This document shows, one piece after another, positions 25,565 to 34,800 of a stretch of 64,000 bases of DNA. A model generated the notes under the pieces. It was given only the letters and a program-made list of their open reading frames with translations, was not told the origin of the DNA and searched no databases. A program made the translations under genes and the position numbers. How positions within the stretch are numbered: position 1 is the first letter of the stretch; every line of letters begins with the position of its first letter. Source of the stretch: an uncultured Candidatus Poseidoniales archaeon (GTDB taxonomy: Archaea; Thermoplasmatota; Poseidoniia; Poseidoniales; Poseidoniaceae); NCBI GenBank assembly GCA_902625885.1, contig CACODE010000005.1, forward strand, positions 12,570 through 76,569, written 5' to 3'.

Positions 25565-26146
25565 ATGGAAGCGATCACCGCGGGTGAGGGAAAAGAGAAC
25601 CACGTCGGCGACCCTGTCCGTTTGGGCATCGTCACGGTGAGCGACCGCGCCAGCCGAGGCGAGTATGTTGACGAGGGAGGCCCCGCCATCCTGGCGTTTT
25701 TTCAACAGGCCATCAAGAGCCCTTGGACGGCCGTTTACCGCTGTGTTCCCGATGAACAGCAGGCCGTGGAAGCGGCGCTTCGAGACCTCGCTGACGAAGA
25801 AGCGTGCAGCGTTGTGGTGACGACAGGTGGAACCGGTCCTGCTCCAAGAGACATCACGCCCGAAGCGACCGAGGCCGTTTGCGAACGGCTCATGCCCGGG
25901 TTTGGTGAACAAATGCGCTCCATCTCGCTGGCGTACGTACCCACGGCCATCCTCTCGCGTCAGGTTGGGGGGCTGCGAGGCAACACGCTCATCTTCAACC
26001 TGCCAGGAAGGCCAAAATCCATTCGGGAAACCATTGACGAGATATGGAAGGCCGTGCCGTACTGTGTGGACCTTTTGGGTGGCCCTTACATCGATATGGA
26101 ACCCACCATTTGCGATGCGTTTCGACCCAAAAATGCCAAACGATAG
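25565..26146 (+). CDS. mogA: molybdopterin adenylyltransferase MogA
   Basis: Near-colinear with bacterial MogA by eye: VSDRASRGEY, PDEQ, TTGGTGPAPRDITPEAT, MPGFGEQMR, PTAILSRQVGG, NLPGRPKSIRE, VPYCVDLL. Confidence 0.85.
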   Translation: MEAITAGEGKENHVGDPVRLGIVTVSDRASRGEYVDEGGPAILAFFQQAIKSPWTAVYRCVPDEQQAVEAALRDLADEEACSVVVTTGGTGPAPRDITPEATEAVCERLMPGFGEQMRSISLAYVPTAILSRQVGGLRGNTLIFNLPGRPKSIRETIDEIWKAVPYCVDLLGGPYIDMEPTICDAFRPKNAKR

Positions 26147-26210
26147 GCCTCAAAATCGACGCATCATGTTCAAAGACTGAACCGCTCTGGAAGTTCCCAG
26201 AGGCGAGGGC

Positions 26211-27620
26211 ATGAAAGGAAACGTGTTGATTCAGGGAGCCACCATGGTTTTACCCGACAAAACGGGCAAAGGGGACTTGAGAATCAGGGACGGGATTATC
26301 GAGACGGTTGCCCTCGGTACAAACCTTACACCGCAGGATGATGAATTGATCATTGACGGTGAAGGCTTGCATCTCCTCCCCGGCATGATTGACCCTCAGG
26401 TCCACTTCAGAGATCCAGGTCAGCCGGAAAAGGAAGACCTCGGTTCAGGCTCGGCGGCCGCCGTTAGCGGTGGCATCACCTCGTTCCTCGACATGCCGAA
26501 CAACAAACCCTCCATCACGACCCTGGAAGGCATGAACATGAAACTCAAGACGGCCTCAGAAAAGTGCGTCAACAACTACGGTTTCTTTATCGGCGCCACG
26601 CCAGACAACGTCAGCGATCTTCAGGACGCTGTCGGTACCCCGGACGCTCCCATCGCGATACCTGGTATTTGCGGCATCAAGATCTTCATGGGCTCCTCCA
26701 CGGGTACCCTTCTGGTGAACGAACGCGAGGCTCTTGAGGCCATTTTCAAAGGGACCGGGGGCCTAATTGCCGTGCATGCAGAGGACGAAAAACGAATGGA
26801 GGACCGCCTGCCGATGATGGAGGGGCGTACGGACATCGCTGCTCATGCCGAATGGCGTGATGATGTCACGGCCCTGATAGCAACAAAACTGGCGGTGGAG
26901 CTTGCCCAAGCGTCCGGACACCGCCTGCACATTCTCCACCTGACGAGCGGTATCGAAGCGGATTGGCTCGAGAACATCACGGTCCTGCCGTCCAAAGCCA
27001 CAGGAAAAGACGCCATCATTACCACAGAGACCTTGCCTCAGCACCTCACCTTTGACGAAACGGACGTGGCCAGAGAAGGAACACGCCTCCAAATGAACCC
27101 TCCTGTTCGCTACAAAAAAGACCGAGAGACGCTTTGGAAGCAACTCAAGTCCGGGACGGTTCAATGCATCGCTACCGACCACGCTCCGCACACGCTAGAA
27201 GCCAAAGCGCTCGGGTTCCCGAAGGCCCCGAGCGGCATGCCTGGTGTGGAAACCTCGCTCGCCGTCATGTTGACACACGCCAACGACGGCGCCTGCAGCA
27301 TTGAAGACGTGGTGCGATGGATGTCGACCAACGTGGCCGACTGCTACAACATGGTCGGCAAAGGAAGGCTTGAGGAGGGCGCGGACGGCGACGTTGTCCT
27401 GGTTGACATGAACAACGCAAGGACGGTCTCGGACGAGCACACGTGGACGAGGGTGGGTTGGAACCCCTTCAGAGGCCGGTCGCTCGTCGGATGGGCGCAG
27501 GTCACCGTGGTTGCCGGTGTCCCGGTGTTTGAACGATCCACCGAGACCGGCCCAAAAGGAGCGCTGCTGGTCGAGCCGGGTAGCGTTGGCCAGCCGCTGG
27601 TCATGACGCCTTGGTCCTAA
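26211..27620 (+). CDS. pyrC: dihydroorotase (cyclic amidohydrolase superfamily)
   Basis: Metal-binding DPQVHFRDPG, GGITSFLDMPNNKP, AVHAED and ATDHAPH. A dihydropyrimidinase/allantoinase-type enzyme cannot be fully excluded. Confidence 0.65.
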   Translation: MKGNVLIQGATMVLPDKTGKGDLRIRDGIIETVALGTNLTPQDDELIIDGEGLHLLPGMIDPQVHFRDPGQPEKEDLGSGSAAAVSGGITSFLDMPNNKPSITTLEGMNMKLKTASEKCVNNYGFFIGATPDNVSDLQDAVGTPDAPIAIPGICGIKIFMGSSTGTLLVNEREALEAIFKGTGGLIAVHAEDEKRMEDRLPMMEGRTDIAAHAEWRDDVTALIATKLAVELAQASGHRLHILHLTSGIEADWLENITVLPSKATGKDAIITTETLPQHLTFDETDVAREGTRLQMNPPVRYKKDRETLWKQLKSGTVQCIATDHAPHTLEAKALGFPKAPSGMPGVETSLAVMLTHANDGACSIEDVVRWMSTNVADCYNMVGKGRLEEGADGDVVLVDMNNARTVSDEHTWTRVGWNPFRGRSLVGWAQVTVVAGVPVFERSTETGPKGALLVEPGSVGQPLVMTPWS

Positions 27621-29113
27621 TCGAGGCCGTACAGCGCACCGTATTTGCGCTCAACGTAGCGCAAGAAGGGTTCAGGACTTGGTGGAGAACCCGTCGCATC
27701 CTCAATGATTTGGGCCGGTGAGACCAGGCTGCCGCGAGCGTGGATTCGGGGGCGTAACCAGTCGAGCATGGGTTGCCAATCGCCGGCGCCGATGAGGTCG
27801 TCAACATCGCCCAATTCCGAGGTCATGGCTTCCAGAAGTTGAGCGGCATAGAGGTTGCCCAGTGTGTAGGTGGGGAAGTAGCCAAAAGCGCCCATTGACC
27901 AGTGAATGTCTTGCAAACAGCCCAGACGGTCTTCGGGGACCTCAATGCCAAACCAGTCCTTGAACATGGAGTTCCACGCCGTCGGAAGGTCGTCAACCTC
28001 GAGCTCACCGTTGAACAATTGTTTTTCGATTTCATACCTCAGCATCACGTGTAAGTTGTATGTCACTTCGTCCGCTTCAACGCGTATGAACCCTTTCTGA
28101 ACTCTATTGGCGATCTTGTTGAGGGTGTGTTCGTCCCAATCGGGGGCATCGGGGAAGGCTGACCGGAACCAAGGGAGGACAACTTTCCAGAAAGCTGGCG
28201 TCCTGCCAACCTGGTTTTCCCAAAATCGACTCTGCGACTCGTGGACGCCCAACGAAACCGCTGCGCCGCGTGGCGTGTATCGGTGTTCGTGGTCCAAGCC
28301 TTGTTCGTAGAGAGCATGACCGGTTTCGTGCATCACGGCGTAGAGGCAGGAGAACGGGTCCTTTTCATCGAAGCGGGTGGTGAAGCGCGTGTCCCCCGGC
28401 CACAAACCTGCCGAAAACGGATGCGTAGAAGCGTCCATCCGTCCTGCCTCAAAGTCAAAGCCCATGTTCTTTGAAACGGCTTCGCAAAACGCTTTCTGGG
28501 CGTCAATTGGGAAGGTGATGTTGTCAGGAAGGGATGGGTCTTTTGCGGCAGATTGGGCCTCGGTGATGGCCTGCAAAAGCGGCACTAGACGGCTGCGAAG
28601 ACCTGCGAAGAGCGGGTCGTAGTCCTCAACGGTCATGCCCATTTCGTATTCGTCCAACAACACATCGTACGGCGTCGTGTTCACGCCCAACAGCTCGATT
28701 TTTTCTTTCGTCATGCTGATGAGGTGCTCCAGTGCAGGCTTGAACGCCTGAAAATCCGATGCTTCCCGTGCGGACTGCCAAGCGAGCAGCGCTTCAGATC
28801 GGGCTTGGGCGAACGACTCAACGAACGCTTTTGGCAAACGAACCGCTTGGTCGTACGCACGCCGCATCTCGCGTACGTTGGCGGTTTGGTCCCCATTGAG
28901 GGACGCCTGTTCCAACGCATCGAGAAGCTCGCCCATTCTTGCATCGGTGAGTTGCTCGTGGCGTTTCCCTGCGAGCCAAGCCATCATCTCTCCACGAGAG
29001 GCCGCACCTTTGGTCGGCATCAACACCTCTTGGTCCCAACCCAAATGGCCTTGAAGGGCTCCGAGCCGGTGGATGTCTTGAACGCGTTGAATGAATTCTT
29101 GGTAGGCTTCCAT
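27617..29113 (-). CDS. M32 carboxypeptidase (carboxypeptidase Taq family)
   Basis: HETGHALYEQG zinc motif, HESQSRFWEN and DIHWSMGAFGYFPTYTLG. The start at MEAYQEF (29113) aligns with family N-termini; the longest ORF reaches 29251. Confidence 0.85.
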   Translation of the reverse strand: MEAYQEFIQRVQDIHRLGALQGHLGWDQEVLMPTKGAASRGEMMAWLAGKRHEQLTDARMGELLDALEQASLNGDQTANVREMRRAYDQAVRLPKAFVESFAQARSEALLAWQSAREASDFQAFKPALEHLISMTKEKIELLGVNTTPYDVLLDEYEMGMTVEDYDPLFAGLRSRLVPLLQAITEAQSAAKDPSLPDNITFPIDAQKAFCEAVSKNMGFDFEAGRMDASTHPFSAGLWPGDTRFTTRFDEKDPFSCLYAVMHETGHALYEQGLDHEHRYTPRGAAVSLGVHESQSRFWENQVGRTPAFWKVVLPWFRSAFPDAPDWDEHTLNKIANRVQKGFIRVEADEVTYNLHVMLRYEIEKQLFNGELEVDDLPTAWNSMFKDWFGIEVPEDRLGCLQDIHWSMGAFGYFPTYTLGNLYAAQLLEAMTSELGDVDDLIGAGDWQPMLDWLRPRIHARGSLVSPAQIIEDATGSPPSPEPFLRYVERKYGALYGLD

Positions 29114-29230
29114 GGAAGGTTGAACGCCCAGGGCTTCTTCAACACTCCCATCGCCCCCTCTCGCAGGATTTTGATGCCGGAGGGGGAAAAATATGCAATC
29201 ATTCAAGAACATTTGAACGCTACCATCACC

Positions 29231-30379
29231 ATGGTCCTCCCGAATCATCAAACCGATTCAGAGGATGAAGGTAAAGCGGCGGTTGACCAAGATATTGAGG
29301 ACATCATGAACGAGGCTGAAGGTCTTGAGAAGAAGGACGAGGCACCGGTCGTTCAGATCGAAACCCCCGATTCTATAGAAAGCGATGCTGATCTAAGCGA
29401 GAAGATGGAAAGAAGCGCCAGAACGGTCATCGACACGTGCATGGACCTGCGCCGAGGCGAAAACATCCTCATCGTCTGCGACCCGACCACCACCGAAATC
29501 GGTCAAGCGCTTCACGATGCGGCAAGCCTTCGCTCTGACCGCGTCCTGCTCATCGTGATGCCAAAGGGGCGACACCATGGCGAAGAACCCCCTGCACCCG
29601 TTGCCAACCTGATGCGACAACAGCAGGTCGTTATCGCCCCCACCAGGTATTCCCTGACCCACACTCGTGCCGTTCGGCAAGCCAACAAAGACGGTGCTAG
29701 GGTCGCAACGATGCCGGGCATGACCGTGGAGATGTTCACCGAAGGTGGCATGTCAGCAGACTTCAACATCATCAAGAAAAACATTGGAGAAATGGGAAGT
29801 TTTCTGAGAAGGAAGCGCATTGTCAACGTAAAATCCGATTCCGGAACAAACGTGACCTTTGAGGTGAGTTGGAGGGAGTGGAAATTCGACGACAACGGCA
29901 TCTGCAACCGCCCAAAAATGCTGACAAATCTACCCGCTGGAAAGATATTCACACTCCCTCGAGAAGGCACCATGAACGGCACCATCGTCATCGACGGCTC
30001 GTGGGATTCTGATCTTGTGGATGAACCCGTGGTCCTTCAAGTTGAGAACGGGTTGATCGTGGACGTCAAAGGTGGAACGGCAGCGGCGCAAATACGCCAA
30101 ACCTTTGGGGAAGCGGCCCGTCGCCTGAAAAGCAAAGACCAAGAAAATGTCTGGACGGTGGCTGAATTCGGTTTCGGCATGAATCCAAACGCTCGCTTAG
30201 CGGGGAACGTCCTCGAGGACGAGAAAAAGCTGGGAACAGCGTATTTTTCCATAGGTGACAACACGACACTGGGCGGTTCCGCAGCCGTGGGCATCCAAAT
30301 CTCTGGAGTTCTGGCATCGCCAAGCATCTGGCTGGACGAGTTGATGCTGTTCGAAGACGGCAACTTCGTCGCCCACTGA
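29231..30379 (+). CDS. M29-family (AmpS/PepS-like) aminopeptidase
   Basis: Core from MERSARTVIDTCMDLRRGENILIV to the C-terminal EDEKKLGTAYFSIGDN block. The 5' part of the 28724 ORF is antisense to the M32 gene and was discarded. Alternative starts at 29306 and 29405. Confidence 0.6.
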   Translation: MVLPNHQTDSEDEGKAAVDQDIEDIMNEAEGLEKKDEAPVVQIETPDSIESDADLSEKMERSARTVIDTCMDLRRGENILIVCDPTTTEIGQALHDAASLRSDRVLLIVMPKGRHHGEEPPAPVANLMRQQQVVIAPTRYSLTHTRAVRQANKDGARVATMPGMTVEMFTEGGMSADFNIIKKNIGEMGSFLRRKRIVNVKSDSGTNVTFEVSWREWKFDDNGICNRPKMLTNLPAGKIFTLPREGTMNGTIVIDGSWDSDLVDEPVVLQVENGLIVDVKGGTAAAQIRQTFGEAARRLKSKDQENVWTVAEFGFGMNPNARLAGNVLEDEKKLGTAYFSIGDNTTLGGSAAVGIQISGVLASPSIWLDELMLFEDGNFVAH

Positions 30380-30384
30380 CCGCT

Positions 30385-31839
30385 CTAGTAGCCGAGGTTT
30401 TGGCCGCCGCAAACTGGACAGAAACGCCAATACGGGTCCAAGCCGATACCGCAGTTCCTGCAGTGCACCCCCGAGCGGATGGTGGGTTGCACGACCGGCT
30501 GTTGTGGCCATGCCTGTTGTGGAGTGGGTTGCTGTGGCCATCGTTGCTGGGGAGGTTGCTGTTGAGGCCAACGTTGCTGTTGCTGCCATGGTTGAGGCTG
30601 CGGAGGCGGCGGTTGTTGAGGCGCCGCTGGTTGTGGCGATGGTTGTGGTTGCCGCTGAGCAAGCGGTCGGCGGACGGGGGCCACCGGCTTTGGGAGGGCG
30701 GCTGTTTTTTCCGCTGCGGGCGACGCAATGAATTCGGAAAGGGACACAACGCCGTCACCGTCTGTATCGGCCTCGGCATGAAGGGCCGTCGCCTCTTCTA
30801 TGGTGGTACCGGTGGCCTGAGCCAACTCTTCAACATCCAACGCACCGCTGTTGTCCTCGTCTGCAGCGATGAAGTGTTCCGCAGCGCTTACGAACATCTC
30901 TTCATCCTCCACCGGAGTCTCAGGTTCGAGCGGCACATCGGTGCTCGCTGAAGGAACAGAAGGTGGGTCCGGGACGAGTTCTGAACTGAACGCCCCTGAA
31001 AACGCATCTTGCGTCGCTTTGGCCACCTGCTTCTCGTTTTCAATGTTCACCACCGGTTCGGACACCGTTTCGGGAAGGATATCGGGCAGGGCGACGCTTG
31101 TTGCTGGCAGAGGCACCGAGGGTTCAGAACTGGTTGGCGCAACGGGTTTGGAAGGAGCCGGTGAGGGTGCCGTCGTCTCGGACGCCTTCGCTTCTTTAAC
31201 GGGCGTTGATTGAACCGGTGGTGCAGTTGGCGTCGGCACATCAACGGTGGCGGCCGAGGCCGAGGAGGTGGCCAGCGTGCCGATGGGGAGAACATGGCCG
31301 GCCACGTCAAGCGACTCGCTCAGTTCTTTCTCGATCGTCACGAGGGGCTCAAGGGAAGCGGCGACGTCGCCGAGATAGCCCTCTAAACCCGCCATGTACT
31401 TGACGACCTCGTCTTTAGCGCCTGTTTGGAAAGCCACGGCGAAGAGTTTCATCATTCGCATGGGGTCTGCCAGCCGCTGCAGCGACTGGCGTTGTGGCTC
31501 GGAGAGTCCATCAACTGGCGTACCGGCCTCTCCTGTTGAATCGTCCTGACCAAGCGCTCGAAGTATCGGGTCTGGCATGCCCATGAGGCCGAGATGACCG
31601 GCAACGAGGTAGTATATCTCGCCACCCTCGCACTGCATTCGTTCACTCGCAGCCTCGAAATCAAAATCTCCAGGTCGCAGAACAATGTCGGAGAGACGTT
31701 CAAAAAATTCAATCATCGCTTGTTCCCGAGGCATGGCCATCATAGCGTGGAGGACATCGCTGGATTCCGTAGCGCCAAAATAAGCGGCTGCGTCATCGAC
31801 CTCGATGGCGATGGAAGTTTCGAGCATCTCATCTGCCAT
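30385..31839 (-). CDS. cytoplasmic multidomain protein: N-terminal globular domain, PAST-rich linker, EF-hand pair, PQ/W-rich repeats, C-terminal zinc ribbon
   Basis: EF-hand loops DEDNSGALDVEE and DTDGDGVVSLSE. QQRWPQQ-type repeats span aa 383-452. The C-terminus is CRNCG...12...CPVCG. No signal peptide or TM. Confidence 0.65.
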   Translation of the reverse strand: MADEMLETSIAIEVDDAAAYFGATESSDVLHAMMAMPREQAMIEFFERLSDIVLRPGDFDFEAASERMQCEGGEIYYLVAGHLGLMGMPDPILRALGQDDSTGEAGTPVDGLSEPQRQSLQRLADPMRMMKLFAVAFQTGAKDEVVKYMAGLEGYLGDVAASLEPLVTIEKELSESLDVAGHVLPIGTLATSSASAATVDVPTPTAPPVQSTPVKEAKASETTAPSPAPSKPVAPTSSEPSVPLPATSVALPDILPETVSEPVVNIENEKQVAKATQDAFSGAFSSELVPDPPSVPSASTDVPLEPETPVEDEEMFVSAAEHFIAADEDNSGALDVEELAQATGTTIEEATALHAEADTDGDGVVSLSEFIASPAAEKTAALPKPVAPVRRPLAQRQPQPSPQPAAPQQPPPPQPQPWQQQQRWPQQQPPQQRWPQQPTPQQAWPQQPVVQPTIRSGVHCRNCGIGLDPYWRFCPVCGGQNLGY

Positions 31840-31897
31840 TTCCCTTCCTCCCTTTCAACACGAATCAAGACCTCCATTTAAGCCCTCATGATGGCCC

Positions 31898-34800
31898 TTA
31901 GTCGCGCCAGTTCTTTGCAAGGCTGCAAATGGCGCGCGATTGTTCCGCCGTCCAGCCGGTTTCTTGGAGTTGCATCAACACCTTTCTTTCTTGTTCACCG
32001 TCGGAAAACGCACCAACCACCCATTCCACCGCATCGTTTCGATCGTCTTCTTGCCAATCCTCAAAGATGCTCATGTCAACGTTGATCTTCGCTCTACGGA
32101 CCTTCGCACCACCGCTCTCATCGGGTTCGGAAGAGATCTTCTTTTTGCCGGCTTTTTTGGGTTCTACCGGTTTTTTGGAGGCTTTTGAGGGCTGACGTTG
32201 AACCGTCCGAGCGGCCTGTTTGGGTGGCCCACCTGGGCCTTTCTTCGGCGGTCCGGTCGGCCCACGTTGCCGCGTTGGCGGGGCCGTTCTGGCCGCCGGT
32301 TGGGGAGACGCTCGGGGACGCTGGAGGCCGGTTGTTTTGTTTCGGTCAAGGATGTCCAGGATGTTCTCTTCCTCATCGTCGTCGTCAAAGAAATCATCCT
32401 CGTCGTATTCCTCATCGTCGTCGTCATCCCGCTGCAGAATTCTGGCCACAACAATACCAACAATGAGAAGGGCGCCGACGCCGCTGAGAGCGAGCATGAG
32501 CACCCCCGCGTCAACGCCAAACAAGCCTTCCTCGCCATCACCGGCGAGCGGCACGTAAGGGCAACCGTCATCGTAGCCGTCAACACCCCGGGGGTCGTTC
32601 GGGCAATTGTCGGCATCGTCCATCACGCCGTCCTGATCGCTGTCGCGTTGCGAGATGTGACAGCCCTCTTCGTCAACTTGTAGACCGGGGGTTGTTTTTG
32701 GGCAATAATCCGCATTGGTAGCACCGGGTACGAACTCCCCTGGCCAAGATGGATCTCGAGTCGCATTCCATTCCGGGTTCCCCCAGTTGTCACCAAAACC
32801 ATCGAAATCTGCATCACGCCACTGCGTTGGGTTGCCCCGCAAATTCACTGGTTCGTTTTCATCGCGATAGCCGTCACCGTCATCGTAGCAACCCAAGAAA
32901 TCAATGTACGATGTCCCGCTTTCGGTTGGGCAATCATCGGCGTTATTGGCCGGTGATGGGTTATCGCCGTAACCGTCACCATCTTGGTCAAACCATTGCG
33001 TGGCGTCGCTTGGGAAGGCGTCACCGGTCTGGTTGATGTGCAGGCCGGTTTCGGGGTCGACATCGTAGGTGTAGACGCCGCTGTAGCCGTCGCCGTCCAA
33101 ATCGGTATCAAGAGCGCTTTCATCCGTGCAACCGTTGGCGAGAATTGGGAAGCCTGGCGGTGTATCATCGCAGGCATCGTCCAAATCCGATAAACCGTCG
33201 CCGTCTGAATCCCTCTGCGCTTGCGAGCAACCGTTGCCGTCCACGTCCGCTCCGGCTTGGGTGCCCGGGCATGCATCAAGTGGGTCGTTGAGACCGTCTC
33301 CATCAGAGTCAGCCGTCCTTTGTTCATCGCTGCACCCTTGGCCGTCAACGGTCGTCCCCGCAACCGTGTTTGGGCACAGGTCAAGGTTGTTCTTCACGCC
33401 GTCGTCATCGTCGTCCAGTTCGGATTGGGCACAGCCGTCGGCGTTTACGGGCTCACCAAGCGGCGTGTTCGGGCACACGGTATCGAACTCGTTTTCCAAA
33501 CCGTCACCGTCGTCATCGTTCAAATCAATGATGCGGCAACCTATCCCGTTGGTGCCGTTGAACACGCCGGCAACATCCGGGCACAAATCCCCTTCAAAGC
33601 CGACAGGGTTGTCCCCGAATCCATCGCCGTCTCTGTCTTTTGATTGCGTCTTTTCGTTGGGGAACGCATCGCCGAGTTCGTTGATGCGCATGCCGGTATC
33701 GGGATTGATGTCAAACACGTAAGCGTCGGTGTAACCATCACCGTCGGTGTCGGGGCATCCGTAAGCGTACACCGTCAAGTTACGTCGTGTTGAATTGCCC
33801 CATTCTGTCGGGCAGGCGTCGAGCTGAATGCCTTGAGCGTTGGAGCCGTTGAAGAGAGCGGTCCAATTGTCCGCATAGCCGTCGTCATCCGTGTCGTTGG
33901 CCGCCGCCTCTCGCAGTGGGAAGCGGTCTGGCTTTGTTGCGTTCTCCGATTGGTTATCCCCATACCCATCGCCGTCGGTGTCCTGCCACTGGGTCGGGTC
34001 AAAGGGCCATACATCAGCGCCGTGTTCCGTAGCGTTCCACTCGAAAATGGTGCCCTCGTCGGACGGGTCGCTCGAACCATCACCGTCGCTGTCCAGACAG
34101 CCGTTTCGGTCCCTGAAGGACACGCCGTAGTCCCAAGGGCAATAATCACCGTGGACGGTGTCCGTGTCGTTGTCGCCGTAGCCATCACCGTCGTAATCAC
34201 TGTACTGCGAAGCGAGGTATGGGAAAAGATCGCCGTTGTTGGCGTTAGGGTCGAGAGCGGTCGCACAACAGTCGACGCCGTGGTTGTCCCCAAATCCGTC
34301 GCCGTCGGTATCGATGGCTTGTTTCCAATTGGAGTAGAATTCGTCGCCGCCGATGTAACCCAACAGGTTGTCGGACCAACCGTCCTGGTCGCGGTCCTCA
34401 CAGCCGTAGCGGTCAATCCAGGACGTTCCACCCTCGTCGTCACAACCGTCTATTTCGTCCCTGAAACCGTCCGTGTCAAAATCATCGCAGCCCTGGGATA
34501 CAAAGGAGGAAAGTCCCGCATCTGTCGGGCAGGCGTCGGGCAGGGGACCCAATGGATTGTCACCGTAGGCATCGCCGTCGCTGTTCATCCATTGGTCGCC
34601 AACGGCCGGCATGCCGTCGATGATGTCGAAGACAAGGTCCCGGTCAGCATCGGGGTAGAGGCGGAGGAGAACAACGTCGTCATCGGTTTGGTCCCAGTAC
34701 GCCATGTGCACCGTACCGTTGCTGTCCATCGTCGCATGAACGGGTTCCTGAGCGATGATATCGCCAAACTGAACGGACATCCACGCAGGCGTGGTCCCGT

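Noticed and set aside
28724-29230. 5' extension of the aminopeptidase ORF (551-aa reading)
   Set aside because: The extension is antisense to the conserved M32 carboxypeptidase N-terminus and is not protein-like. The family core begins near 29405, and plausible starts are 29231 or 29306.
30484-30693. Repetitive DNA that might be a tandem repeat or CRISPR-like array
   Set aside because: The repeats are imperfect, in-frame and code for the PQ/W-rich tract of a continuous ORF. There are no unique spacers or direct-repeat periodicity.
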